A stretch of 63,762 nt of DNA, filler included, from Licmophora abbreviata (taxonomy: Eukaryota): the NCBI GenBank assembly GCA_900291995.1. It is 17 parts of 17 records of this genome, joined end to end, with 100 filler letters (N's around TTAATTAATTAA, not from the genome) between each part and the next. Parts side by side here need not be neighbours in the genome. Positions count along the whole stretch, not along the records: positions 30,238 to 32,360 come from OLMU01003847.1; positions 32,461 to 33,819 come from OLMU01003848.1; positions 33,920 to 36,427 come from OLMU01003850.1; positions 36,528 to 37,577 come from OLMU01003851.1; positions 37,678 to 44,265 come from OLMU01003853.1; 12 more parts are not named here. One strand, 5' to 3'. The translations under genes and the position numbers were made by a program. This document shows positions 31,648 through 42,475 of the stretch, one piece after another. Position 1 is the stretch's first letter. Each line of letters opens with the position of its first letter. The notes under the pieces are model-generated. The model was not told the DNA's origin. It searched no databases and worked only from the letters and a program-made list of their open reading frames with translations.

Positions 31648-33043
31648 TTAGTCCGAGCCGCCATGCGCGGTGGTTGTCCTCACCTCGGAGCCTTCGAGAA
31701 GTGTCACCTCGCGCTGCGGGAACGGGATCGAAATGCCGTTGTCGCGGAACGCATCCCACAGCGCCAGAAAGACATTGCCCCGGATGTTGGTCAGCCCGCC
31801 CGTCGGGTCCCTGATCCAGAAGCGCAGGATGTAATCCACACTGCTGTCGCCGAAGCCCACGATATGGCAGACCGGCGGCTTGAACTCGAGCACGCGGTCC
31901 ACGCTCTTGGCGGCCTCCACGGCGATGCGCCGGACCTTGTGGGGATCGTCGGAATAGGCGGTGCCGAAATGGATATCCAGCCGCACGTATTCATCCGAAT
32001 GTGACCAGTTCACCACCTGTCCGGTAATCAGATCCTCGTTTGGAATGAGGTATTCGCGGCCATCGCGGGTGGTGATCGACACATAGCGCGCCCCAAGGCT
32101 GTTGATCCAGCCGAAGGTCTCGCCAAGCGAAATCACGTCGCCCGGCTTGATCGACCGATCCAGCAAAAGGATCACGCCCGACACAAGGTTCGACACCACC
32201 TTTTGCAGACCAAAGCCAAGCCCCACGCCAATGGCACCCGACAGCACCGCAAGCCCGGTGAGGTCGACGCCCACGGCGCGCAGCCCGATGAAGAAGGCCG
32301 CACCATAGAGCATGACCTGCAGCAGCTTCACGGCCAGCACCTGCATCGAGGGCGAAATCTNNNNNNNNNNNNNNNNNNNNNNNNNNNNNNNNNNNNNNNN
32401 NNNNTTAATTAATTAANNNNNNNNNNNNNNNNNNNNNNNNNNNNNNNNNNNNNNNNNNNNAGCGCGCCGCGAACAGCAGCACGGCCACCACTGCGACCGC
32501 CTGCAGCACCATCCACAGCGACAGGCGCATCCCCGCCTGTTGAATGGCGGCACTGTCCAGCAGGCCGCGTGCCTCGTCGGTCAGGCCCAGAATGCCAAGC
32601 GTCACCCAGGTCCAGGCGGCATAGCGCACCACGGCGCGCAGAAACCCGTTGAGGATGAATCGCGTGATGACCGCGATCAGCAGCCAGGCCAGCGCCAGTT
32701 CGCCCGCGATCGACAGCAGGTAGGATCGGCTGGGCCATGTGGTCAGTTGCAGCACGAAGACCAGAGGCCAGATCATCAGCACGAACAGGATCAACCGCAG
32801 GCGGCGATGCATCAGCACCAGAAACCGCATCCGCCACTTGGGCCAACCCTCTCGGCTGCGCATCCAGGCGTGCAGATACGGTCCGAGCAGCCGCGCCATC
32901 AGATGCGCGGTCACGAACAGCCCAAGCGCGATACCCACCTGATAGGTGTTCGATGGCCGCATCAGGTGATCGAGAAGGGTCTGGGCCTGATCCCAAAGAC
33001 CCATCGCGATGTCCTGAGGTGCCGGAAGCGTTTCGGGTTCCAT
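31648..33043 (-). CDS. Small-conductance mechanosensitive channel, MscS family (spans gap)
   Basis: GAIGVGLGFGLQ, SNLVSG, LIPNE, IPFPQRE. Confidence 0.9.
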
Positions 33044-33143
33044 TCCGGCAAGACTGCCACGGGGGCGGGTCCGGCGGCAAGCCTGCTCTGGACAAGCCCC
33101 CCCAAGCACGGTCATTTTCGCGCCAGACCAGAGGGAGACCGTC

Positions 33144-33819
33144 ATGACCACCGCGCTTTTCACCCATACCGATTGCATGGATCATCTCACCCCGCAGGGC
33201 CATCCCGAACAGGTGGCGCGGCTGAGCCATGTTCTGGCCGCGCTGGAGGGGCGCGATCTGATGCGGGCCGAGGCGCCGCTTGCCTCGGAGGATGATCTGC
33301 GCCTGTGCCATCCGCAGTCGCATATCGACCGGGTGCGCGCCGCCGTGCCCGATGAGGGGATCGTGCAGCTCGATGCCGATACCTGGATGTCGCCCGACTC
33401 GCTTGACGCGGCACTGCGCGGTGTGGGCGGTGCGCTGGCGGCGGTGGATGCGGTGCTGGGTGGTCAGGTGGGCAACGCGTTTGTCGCGACGCGCCCGCCC
33501 GGGCATCATGCCGAAACCGAGCGCACCATGGGGTTTTGCCTGTTCGGCACCGTGGCCATCGCCGCGCGGCACGCGATCGAGCGTCACGGGCTAGCCCGTG
33601 TCGCGGTGGTGGATTTCGACGTGCATCACGGCAACGGGACACAGGATCTTCTGTGGTCCGAGGCGCGCAGCCTGTTCGTGTCCTCGCACCAGTCGCCGCT
33701 CTGGCCCGGCACCGGCACCAAGGACGAGACGGGCGCGCACGGCAATGTCCTGAACCTGCCGCTTGCGCCGCGCAGCGACGGGGCGGTGTTTCGCGCCGCC
33801 TATGAGCAGCAGGTCTTTC
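33144..33819 (+). CDS. Histone deacetylase family protein (3' end lost)
   Basis: GHPE, RPPGHHAE, GFC, DFDVHHGNGTQ. Confidence 0.93.
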
Positions 33820-33919
33820 NNNNNNNNNNNNNNNNNNNNNNNNNNNNNNNNNNNNNNNNNNNNTTAATTAATTAANNNNNNNNNNNNNNNNNNNNNNNNN
33901 NNNNNNNNNNNNNNNNNNN

Positions 33920-34556
33920 CGATCCGCCCGCGGCCGAGGGGGACACTCGCGGCTCGCTTCTGGATCTGCTGCGGATGCCGGCCTTGTGGGCGATCTTTCC
34001 GCTGATGTTCGTGGGCTATGCGCCCTCGGCGGCGGTGCGGGGATTGTGGATGGGGCCCTATCTGGGCGATGTCTTTGCGCTGAGCACCGCGCAGATCGGC
34101 ACGGCGACGCTGGTGATGGGCGTGGCGATGATCTGCGGCACGCTGTGCTATGGCCCGCTCGACCGCATCTTCGGCACCCATAAATGGGTGATCTTCACCG
34201 GAAACCTGTTTGCAGCCGGGGCGGCGCTGGCGCTGGCGGCGGTGGTCGGGCAGGGCGTTGTGGTGTCGATCGCGCTCTGTGCCGCGATGGGGTTCTTCGG
34301 CGCCTCTTTCCCGGTGCTGATCGCCCATGCGCGCACCTTCTTTCCGGCGCATCTGGCCGGGCGGGGCGTCACGCTTCTGAACCTCTTCGGGATCGGTGGC
34401 GTGGGGGTGGCGCAATTCGTCTCCGGGCCGGTCCATGCGGCGGGGCAGGCCGCAGGCGATCCCGTCGCGGGCTATGTGCTGCTCTTCGGGTTTTTCGGCC
34501 TCGTGCATTTGACCGGGACGCTGATCTACCTCGCCAGCCGCGACAACCGAAGCTGA
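33920..34556 (+). CDS. MFS transporter, C-terminal fragment
   Basis: Multiple TM helices, GPLDRIFG, FPAHLAGRGVT. Confidence 0.8.
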
Positions 34557-34635
34557 CGCGCGCCCCCTTTCAATCGCCCGGGGAAGGGTATATGTCCCCG
34601 GCTCCGAAACCTCTCGTAAATCCGGAGATTGAAAA

Positions 34636-35658
34636 ATGGGGTACAAGGTCGTCGTCGTGGGCGCCACGGGCAATGTGGGCCGCGAAATGCTGAACATCCT
34701 GGCCGAGCGCCAGTTCCCGGTGGACGAGATCGCGGCACTTGCCTCGCGCCGTTCACTTGGAACCGAGGTGAGCTTTGGCGACCAGACCCTCAAGACCAAG
34801 GATCTCGACGCGTTCGATTTCACCGGCTGGGATATCGCGCTGTTCGCCATCGGCTCGGACGCCACCAAGATCCATGCGCCGAAAGCCGCCGCAGAGGGCT
34901 GCGTGGTGATCGATAACTCGTCGCTCTACCGCTATGACCCGGACGTGCCGCTGGTCGTCCCCGAGGTCAATCCCGAGGCGGTGGACGGCTATGCCAAGAA
35001 GAACATCATCGCCAACCCCAACTGCTCGACCGCGCAGATGGTCGTGGCGCTCAAACCCCTGCATGACCGCGCGCGCATCAAGCGCGTGGTGGTCAGCACC
35101 TATCAGTCGGTGTCGGGTGCCGGCAAGGATGGCATCGACGAGCTCTGGGACCAGACCAAGTCGGTCTACAACCCCACCTCCGAAGTGCCGCCCAAGACCT
35201 TCCAGAAGCAGATCGCCTTCAACGTCATTCCGCATATCGACGTCTTCATGGAAGACGGCTCGACCAAGGAAGAATGGAAGATGGTCGCCGAGACCAAGAA
35301 GATCGTCGACCCCTCGATCAAGGTCACCGCGACCTGTGTGCGGGTGCCGGTTTTCGTCGGTCACTCCGAGGCGATCAACCTTGAGTTCGAAGAGTTTCTG
35401 GACGAGGACGAGGCGCGCGACATCCTGCGCGAGGCGCCGGGGATCATGGTGATCGACAAGCGTGAAAGCGGCGGCTACGTGACGCCGGTGGAATGTGTTG
35501 GCGATTTCGCCACCTTCATCAGCCGCATCCGTCAGGACACCACGATCGAGAATGGCCTCAACCTGTGGTGCGTCAGCGACAACCTGCGCAAGGGGGCTGC
35601 CCTCAACGCGGTGCAGATCGCCGAGACGCTTGGCAAGCGGGTGCTGAAAAAGGGCTGA
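34636..35658 (+). CDS. asd: Aspartate-semialdehyde dehydrogenase
   Basis: GATGNVG, ANPNCST, STYQSVSGAG, DNLRKGAALNAVQI. Confidence 0.97.
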   Translation: MGYKVVVVGATGNVGREMLNILAERQFPVDEIAALASRRSLGTEVSFGDQTLKTKDLDAFDFTGWDIALFAIGSDATKIHAPKAAAEGCVVIDNSSLYRYDPDVPLVVPEVNPEAVDGYAKKNIIANPNCSTAQMVVALKPLHDRARIKRVVVSTYQSVSGAGKDGIDELWDQTKSVYNPTSEVPPKTFQKQIAFNVIPHIDVFMEDGSTKEEWKMVAETKKIVDPSIKVTATCVRVPVFVGHSEAINLEFEEFLDEDEARDILREAPGIMVIDKRESGGYVTPVECVGDFATFISRIRQDTTIENGLNLWCVSDNLRKGAALNAVQIAETLGKRVLKKG

Positions 35659-35661
35659 TCC

Positions 35662-36177
35662 TCAGCACGGTTCGATCACGTCGATATCGGTATCGGGCGT
35701 CCCGTCAGGGGCGCCCGTTTCGGTTCGTGCTTGGGGATGTGGCGCGCTGCGGGCTTGGGCCAGGTGCCGGGCGATCAGGTGGCGGTGCGGATGGTCGGGG
35801 AAGGGCGTGCCGAAGCGGCGCATCAGCCGCGCATAGCTGAACCCCAGTTCGGACGCCTTGCAGATGCGCCTGTCGCCGGGCCAGTCATGAAGGGCCAGGC
35901 CGCCGCCCGAGGCGCGCAGGACGTAGCCCTTGGCCTGCAATCGCGCCTGCAGGTCCTCCCACCCTGCCGCATGGGCGAGATCGTCCGCGAGGCGGGCCCG
36001 CAAGGGGGCGACAAGCCGTTCATCCGCCCTGATGGGCGGTCTCGCATGGGCGCGCGTGATTTCCCGCGCCAGAAGATCGCGCACCAGTTGCCCCACCGTC
36101 ACGTCGCGCTGCCGTGCCAGCGCGCTGGCCGCGCGCAGCATGTCGACATGCATTTTCATCTCGATCCGTTCCAGCAT
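35662..36177 (-). CDS. Hypothetical protein (RHH-like N-terminus, relaxase-middle-like C-terminus)
   Basis: 171 aa; SD GAGG; see findings. Confidence 0.75.
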   Translation of the reverse strand: MLERIEMKMHVDMLRAASALARQRDVTVGQLVRDLLAREITRAHARPPIRADERLVAPLRARLADDLAHAAGWEDLQARLQAKGYVLRASGGGLALHDWPGDRRICKASELGFSYARLMRRFGTPFPDHPHRHLIARHLAQARSAPHPQARTETGAPDGTPDTDIDVIEPC

Positions 36178-36335
36178 GACGCCTCATCCCGCATGATCCC
36201 TCCAGACTGCCGCATCATGGTTAGCAAAGCGTGAATCCGCGTGGCCTTGCACAGTGCCCTTGCCATCCGCCGCGCCGCGAGGGGATAGTCGGCCGAGCTC
36301 CATAGCGATCCCGAGACCCCGAGGAGGTGTCCCCA

Positions 36336-37577
36336 ATGCGCGCCCTTGCCTGCCTTTTGATTGTCGCACCCGTCCTTGCATGGGCTGACGACATCCCCGT
36401 CACCAGCCGGGTCACCGATGTCACGCTNNNNNNNNNNNNNNNNNNNNNNNNNNNNNNNNNNNNNNNNNNNNTTAATTAATTAANNNNNNNNNNNNNNNNN
36501 NNNNNNNNNNNNNNNNNNNNNNNNNNNGAGGCGGGTTTTGCCGCGCCGGAGGGCAGCCACCGGCTGATCCTCACCGATCTGCCGGTCTCGGTTCCGCTGT
36601 CATCGGTGCGCGTCTCGGTCGAGGGGGCACGGCTCAACGACATCGCGCTGCGCGACGATGACGTGCCGCCCCGCAGCGCCGAGGAGACGGCAGCCCTGCA
36701 AGCGGCCCGCGCCGAGGTCGCGCGTCTGGAAGCCGCGTTGCGTGATGCCGAAGCTGGGGTCGAGGCGATTCGCCTCGAAGAAGAGGCCGCCGCGGCGCGC
36801 GTGACTTTCCTCGATCAGCTGGGCACGTCCCCTGCGCTGGCTGGAATGGACCCCGCCGCGCTGCGCGATCTGGTCACGATGATCGGACAAGAGGGGCTGG
36901 CCGCGCGGCAGGCCGCGCTCGAGGCCCGCCAGCGCGCGGATGCCGCCGACCGGGGGCTGACCGATCTGCGCGACGATCTGGAAAAGGCCCGTGCCGCCCT
37001 GCGCGCGCTGGTGCCCGAGGATGCCGCGCGCGCCATGCTGGCCGTCGTGATCACCGCCGATGCCGACACGCAAGGCATAGTGCGGGTGGCCTATACGGTG
37101 CCCGATGCGGGCTGGCAGCCGGCCTATGATGTCCGGCTTGACCGTACCGCGGCGCGCCTGAGCATCGCGCGCGGCGCGTTCCTGCAGCAATCCACCGGCG
37201 AGAACTGGCAGGATGTGGCGCTGACCCTGTCCACCAGCCGCCCGTCCGAGCAGACCGCGCCCTCCGAGATCTGGCCCTGGCTGCGCCGGGTTTTCGATCC
37301 CGATCAGATGCAGCCCAAGACCCTGTCGCGCGGCGCCGAGGCGTCATTCGACAGCGCCGCGCCCGAGGCCCTCGCCGCCCCGGCTCCCGACATGGTCACA
37401 CAGGCCGCGCCTGAATTCGACGGGCTGTCGGTGCGCTATGTCTATCCCGGTACGGTCTCGGTGGCGTCTGGCGCCGACCGGGTGCGCGTGGCCCTCGGGC
37501 TGATCGAACGGCCCGCCGATCCCTTCGCCCGCGCCGTGCCGCTCGAGGATGACCGCGCCTTCCTGATGGCGGGGTTC
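36336..37577 (+). CDS. DUF4140/DUF4139 protein (internal gap, 3' end lost)
   Basis: SD GAGGAGG; signal peptide then SRVTDVT; AGWQPAYD, QQSTGENWQDVALTLSTSRP. Confidence 0.85.
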
Positions 37578-37677
37578 NNNNNNNNNNNNNNNNNNNNNNN
37601 NNNNNNNNNNNNNNNNNNNNNTTAATTAATTAANNNNNNNNNNNNNNNNNNNNNNNNNNNNNNNNNNNNNNNNNNNN

Positions 37678-37954
37678 CAATGGCCATGCCACGATCCATG
37701 ACGATGCCGATCTGTGCGCGCGCTGCGCGCTCCGGGGGCGGGTGCCGAAAACCGTGCTGCGGGTGCGCATCGACGAGGCCTATCTGCATTGCGGCAAGGC
37801 GCCGATGCGCGCCGGTCTCTGGGCGCCCGACAGCTGGCCCTCGGACCGGCCTGTGGCGACGCTCAATGAAATCCTGCGCGATCAGGTGGGCATCGCCCCC
37901 GAGGATCTCTCGCAACAGGCGGTCGAGGCAGGGTATCGACGTACGCTCTATTGA
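37678..37954 (+). CDS. Pyridoxamine 5'-phosphate oxidase-like FMN-binding protein, C-terminal fragment
   Basis: EAYLHCGKAPMRAGLW motif. Confidence 0.7.
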
Positions 37955-37989
37955 CCTTTTGTGGAGCGCTTGTTGATCGCTTGTTGATG
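37946..37989. repeat. 11-bp-period imperfect tandem repeat
   Basis: CTCTATTGACC TTTTGTGGAGC GCTTGTTGATC GCTTGTTGATG. Confidence 0.5.
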
Positions 37990-38003
37990 GTGTGAAGACC
38001 GCT

Positions 38004-38654
38004 TCAGATCGGAACGAAGCCGCCGGTGCCGGGGCTGTATTGCTCGACGCCGCCTTCGCCGATCTCGTGCCAGAGGCCATGCAGGGTCAGCGTGCCCGCC
38101 TTGACCGCCTCGGCCACGAAGGGAAAGGTCATCAGGTTTTCCAGCGAGACCACGACAGCTTCCTTTTCCAGCGCGCTGCGCTGCTGGCCTTCGTCTGCGA
38201 TATCCTTGACCCGTTCGTATCCGGGGCGCAGAATGTCCATCCAGCGGCCCACGAAGCTGGATTTCTCCTCCAGTGCGGGGGCCTTGCCGCTGCACATATC
38301 CAGACAGCCCTGCACGCCGCCGCAATTGGAATGACCCATCACGATCACATGCGCCACCTTCAGCGCGGTGACCGCGTATTCCACCGCCGCCGAGGTGCCG
38401 TGCTGCTGCCCGTCTGGTTTGTGCGGCGGCACCAGATTGGCGATATTGCGGTGAATGAAAAACTCGCCCTGATCGGCCCCGAAGATCGAGGTGACATGCA
38501 CCCGGCTGTCACAGCACGAAATCATCATCGCGCGCGGGTGCTGCCCGTCTTCCGCCAGTCTGCGATACCAGGCCTGGTTCTCAGCATAGGCGGTCGCTTT
38601 CCAGCCGTGGTAGCGATGCACCAGATAGGTGGGCAGGGGGCGGGCGTGTTCCAT
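38004..38654 (-). CDS. Beta-carbonic anhydrase
   Basis: SCCDSRV, RNIANLV, GHSNCGG. Confidence 0.95.
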   Translation of the reverse strand: MEHARPLPTYLVHRYHGWKATAYAENQAWYRRLAEDGQHPRAMMISCCDSRVHVTSIFGADQGEFFIHRNIANLVPPHKPDGQQHGTSAAVEYAVTALKVAHVIVMGHSNCGGVQGCLDMCSGKAPALEEKSSFVGRWMDILRPGYERVKDIADEGQQRSALEKEAVVVSLENLMTFPFVAEAVKAGTLTLHGLWHEIGEGGVEQYSPGTGGFVPI

Positions 38655-38786
38655 AGTCGTCACTCGGATTTGGGTCTTGCAGGCCCTGATAGTGGCAATT
38701 CGCCGCGAATTCGAGAGAGAATATCACTCCGCCTAAAGCATTTGGGAACCTTGGCCCGTCATTCTGCCCTTCGTCGCGTGGGAGCG

Positions 38787-39188
38787 ATGCAAGACCGGGG
38801 TGAGACTTTGGAACAAGTGACCTTACTGAAACAGGCCGAAACCGTTCGGCTGGATTGCGACCGTCTGGACATGCTTGTGTCCCAACTGGGCGAGGCTGCG
38901 GCCGAAAACGTGATCTGCCGCGCGCTCGAGGAAGTGGCGGTGCGCCTGTCACATGCCGAACGCTGCCACCGCGAGGGGCGGCTGGCCGACATGCGCCGCT
39001 CTGTGCGCAGCCTGATTGCGATCTCCGACCAGATCGGCATGGGCAAACTGGCGCGTGTCGCGGGCCATGTGACCGCCTGTATCGATGAGGGCGATCCCGT
39101 CGCCTTGGCCGCGACGCTGGCGCGGCTCTTGCGGATCGGCGAAACCTGCCTTGGCGAAATGTGGGATATCCGCGATCTGAGCATATGA
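38787..39188 (+). CDS. Hypothetical Hpt-like helical protein
   Basis: LD..RL..L...LG N-terminus; RSLIAISDQIGM..L; start uncertain. Confidence 0.65.
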   Translation: MQDRGETLEQVTLLKQAETVRLDCDRLDMLVSQLGEAAAENVICRALEEVAVRLSHAERCHREGRLADMRRSVRSLIAISDQIGMGKLARVAGHVTACIDEGDPVALAATLARLLRIGETCLGEMWDIRDLSI

Positions 39189-39256
39189 CCGCTTGCAGGC
39201 GGCGACAGGGCGGATAGGCTGGCGGCAAAAGACCAAACGACAAAGGGACGCGCCCC

Positions 39257-40636
39257 ATGGACCTGACATTCGCCCCCGCCGATGCGGCGGCCATTGCCCT
39301 GCATGTGATCGACCAGAGCGGGCTTGACGATTGGCTGGCGGGCCAGCCCGATACGGTCACCCGTTGGGTGCGCGCCACGGGGTTCGCGGCACAGCTCGGC
39401 AGCGTGGCCCTGATCCCCGACCCGCAGGGCGGCATCGCAATGGCGCTGGCGGGCTATGGCACGTCCGAGACGCGCGCGCGGGGCCGCTTCCATCTTGCGG
39501 GGGCGGCCGCGCACCTTCCCGAAGGGACCTATGCGCTGCATGGGCTCGATCCTGCGCGCGCCGCCGAGGAATCGCTTGGCTGGCTGATGTCGCATTACAG
39601 CTTCGACCGATATCGCGCGCAAAAGCACAGCACCGCGCGGCTGATCGCCCCCGAGGGTGTGGATGCCGCCCGGATCGAATCCATCGCCGCCGGCGAGGCG
39701 CTGACCCGCGATCTCATCAACATCCCCGCCTCGGACATGGGACCGGCGGAACTGGAAGGCGCCTGTGCCACGCTTGCCACGCGCCACGGCGCCTCGATCG
39801 AGGTGATCCGCGGCGACGCGCTCATTGACCGGAACTTCCCGATGATCCACACGGTGGGCCGCGCCGCGGCGCAGGGGCCGCGGCTGATCGACATGCGGTG
39901 GGGCGATAGCGGCCCGACTCTGACGCTGGTGGGCAAGGGCGTGTGTTTCGACACCGGCGGGCTGAACCTCAAGCCCGGCTCCAGCATGGGATTGATGAAA
40001 AAGGACATGGGCGGCGCGGCCACCGTTCTGGGACTGGCGCAGATGATCATGGATCTGGGCCTGCCCGTGCAATTGCGGGTGCTGGTCCCGGCGGTGGAAA
40101 ACGCCGTTTCGGGCAGTGCCTTTCGCCCCGGCGATATCCTGACCGCGCGCAATGGCCTGACGGTCGAGATCAACAACACCGATGCCGAAGGCCGTCTGGT
40201 GCTGGCCGATGCGCTGTCCTTCGCCGCCGAGGAAACGCCTGACCTCATGGTGTCGATGGCCACCCTCACCGGTGCGGCCCGCGTGGCGGCCGGCCCCGAT
40301 CTCTCGCCCTATTTCACCGATGACGCGGCGCTCTCGCAGGCCTTGGATCAGGCGGCGGCGCAGGTGGCCGATCCGGTCTGGCGGCTGCCGTTCCATGCCC
40401 CTTACGAGGCGATGATCGAACCGGGCATCGCCGATCTCGACAATGCGCCCTCGGGCGGGTTTGCCGGGGCGATCACGGCGGCGCTGTTCCTGCGCCGCTT
40501 CGCCGGGTCGGGTCGCTATGCCCATTTCGACATCTACGGCTGGAACCCGACGCCCGCGCCCGCCCGTCCCAAGGGCGGTGTCGGCATGGGCGCGCGGGCC
40601 CTGCTTGCGGCGCTGCCGGATGTGCTCAAGCTGTGA
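39257..40636 (+). CDS. Leucyl aminopeptidase (M17)
   Basis: VGKGVCFDTGG, MKKDMGGAA, NTDAEGRL, ATLTGA. Confidence 0.95.
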   Translation: MDLTFAPADAAAIALHVIDQSGLDDWLAGQPDTVTRWVRATGFAAQLGSVALIPDPQGGIAMALAGYGTSETRARGRFHLAGAAAHLPEGTYALHGLDPARAAEESLGWLMSHYSFDRYRAQKHSTARLIAPEGVDAARIESIAAGEALTRDLINIPASDMGPAELEGACATLATRHGASIEVIRGDALIDRNFPMIHTVGRAAAQGPRLIDMRWGDSGPTLTLVGKGVCFDTGGLNLKPGSSMGLMKKDMGGAATVLGLAQMIMDLGLPVQLRVLVPAVENAVSGSAFRPGDILTARNGLTVEINNTDAEGRLVLADALSFAAEETPDLMVSMATLTGAARVAAGPDLSPYFTDDAALSQALDQAAAQVADPVWRLPFHAPYEAMIEPGIADLDNAPSGGFAGAITAALFLRRFAGSGRYAHFDIYGWNPTPAPARPKGGVGMGARALLAALPDVLKL

Positions 40637-41484
40637 CCGATCGCCGGCGCCTCCATTCCAACGGGCGCGTCGCCGACGCGGCCCTTGTCGGTCAGGTCGA
40701 GGCCGATGTCTTTGTCGATGGTGAGGACCGTCAGGTGATCCGCCCCACCGCCGCCATCCTCGCCGAACCGGGTGGCGCGCGACTGCGTGAACTGGTCTAT
40801 GGCGAGGGCGTCCGCCTGCTGGACGAGGTGGATGGCCATGTGTTCGGCTATGCGCTGCGCGATGGCTATGCCGGCTATATCGCAAGCCCGGCGCTGGCCC
40901 GCCCCTCGCATCCCGTGACGCATGTCGTGTCGGTGCGCATGACGCAGGCGCTGAGTGCGGCGGATTTCAAGACCGGGACCGAGTGTCTGGCCCTCAGCCT
41001 CGGCGCGCGGGTCCATGTCTCGGGGCAGGAGGGGCGCTGGTCCCGCCTCATGACACCGCAGGGGCCGCTCTATGTGCCGCGCGTGCATCTGCGCCCGGTG
41101 GACCTGCCCGAGGACGACCCGGTCAGCGTGGCCGAACGGCTGATCGGCACGCCGTACCTGTGGGGCGGAAACTCGGCCATGGGCATCGACTGTTCGGGGC
41201 TGGTGCAGTTGGCCTGCCTGGCCTGCGGCCTCACCTGCCCCGGCGACAGCGACATGCAGGCCGCCGAGCTGGGTCAGCACCTGCCCGGCGATGCGCCCCT
41301 GCGGCGCGGCGATCTGTTGTTCTGGAAAGGGCATGTCGGCTGGGTGTCGGACACAGACACGCTCTTGCATGCCAACGCGTATCACATGGCCGTGGCATAC
41401 GAGCCGCTGGCACAGGCCATTGACAGGATCGCGGCGCAGGGCGATGGCCCGGTGACCGCGCGCAAACGACTTGGAGGATCATGA
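40633..41484 (+). CDS. NlpC/P60 (C40) peptidase with SH3-like N-terminus
   Basis: PYLWGG, DCSGLV, GDLLFWKGHV, LHAN. Confidence 0.92.
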   Translation: MTDRRRLHSNGRVADAALVGQVEADVFVDGEDRQVIRPTAAILAEPGGARLRELVYGEGVRLLDEVDGHVFGYALRDGYAGYIASPALARPSHPVTHVVSVRMTQALSAADFKTGTECLALSLGARVHVSGQEGRWSRLMTPQGPLYVPRVHLRPVDLPEDDPVSVAERLIGTPYLWGGNSAMGIDCSGLVQLACLACGLTCPGDSDMQAAELGQHLPGDAPLRRGDLLFWKGHVGWVSDTDTLLHANAYHMAVAYEPLAQAIDRIAAQGDGPVTARKRLGGS

Positions 41485-42452
41485 TGTCGGACGCATTCTT
41501 TCATCCCGTTTCGGGGCTCGATCTGCCGCGCTTTGCCGGGGTGCCCAGCTTCATGCGGTTGCCGCATGTGGCGCCGGGGCATGACCGCTTCGCCGATGTC
41601 GATATCGGCCTGATCGGGGTGCCCTGGGATTCGGGCACCACCAACCGTCCCGGCCCGCGCCACGGCCCCCGGCAGTTGCGCGATGCCTCCACGATGATCC
41701 GCGCGCAGCATCCCACCAGCGGGATGCGCCCGTTCGAGACGGTGAACTGCGCCGATCTGGGCGATGTCGGGCCGAACCCCGCCGATATCATCGACTCGAT
41801 GACCCGGATCACTGCCTTTTACGACGGGATCAAGTCTGCCGGGATCATGCCGATGACGGCGGGCGGCGATCACCTCTCGTCGCTGCCGATCCTGCGTGCT
41901 TTGGCCAAGGACGCCCCTTTGGGCATGGTCCATTTCGACAGCCATACGGACCTGTACCATTCGTATTTCGGCGGCACGATGTATACCCATGGCACGCCCT
42001 TCCGCCGCGCGGTGGAAGAGGGCCTTCTGGACCCGCGGCGTGTCGTCCAGATCGGCTTGCGCGGCACGATGTATGACACCGAAGATCGCGATTTCGCCGC
42101 CGCCAACGGCATCCGCCTCATCCTGATCGAAGAGTTCCACGCCCGTGGCGTCGAGGATGTGATGGCCGAAGCCCGCGAGATCGTGGGCGATGGCGCCACC
42201 TATGTGAGCTACGATATCGACTTCGTCGATCCCACCTTCGCCCCCGGCACCGGCACCCCCGAGGTGGGCGGGCCGAACTCCTATCAGGCGCTGCAGGTGG
42301 TGCGTGCGCTCGAGGGGCTCGATATCGTCGGCGCCGATATGGTCGAGGTCTCTCCACCCTTCGATCCATCGGGCGGCACGGCGTTTCTGGGCGTGTCGAT
42401 CATGTTCGAGTTGATCTGCGTGATGGCAGCCCGCATCGCCGCCTCCCGTTAG
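41481..42452 (+). CDS. speB: Agmatinase-family ureohydrolase
   Basis: GGDH, HFDSHTD, HGTPF, SYDIDFVDP, PGTGTP. Confidence 0.85.
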   Translation: MMSDAFFHPVSGLDLPRFAGVPSFMRLPHVAPGHDRFADVDIGLIGVPWDSGTTNRPGPRHGPRQLRDASTMIRAQHPTSGMRPFETVNCADLGDVGPNPADIIDSMTRITAFYDGIKSAGIMPMTAGGDHLSSLPILRALAKDAPLGMVHFDSHTDLYHSYFGGTMYTHGTPFRRAVEEGLLDPRRVVQIGLRGTMYDTEDRDFAAANGIRLILIEEFHARGVEDVMAEAREIVGDGATYVSYDIDFVDPTFAPGTGTPEVGGPNSYQALQVVRALEGLDIVGADMVEVSPPFDPSGGTAFLGVSIMFELICVMAARIAASR

Positions 42453-42475
42453 GCCGGAATCGATGTGCGGGGGCC

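Noticed and set aside
38731..38750. Possible CtrA site before the Hpt-like gene
   Set aside because: Three or more mismatches to the consensus; too weak to call
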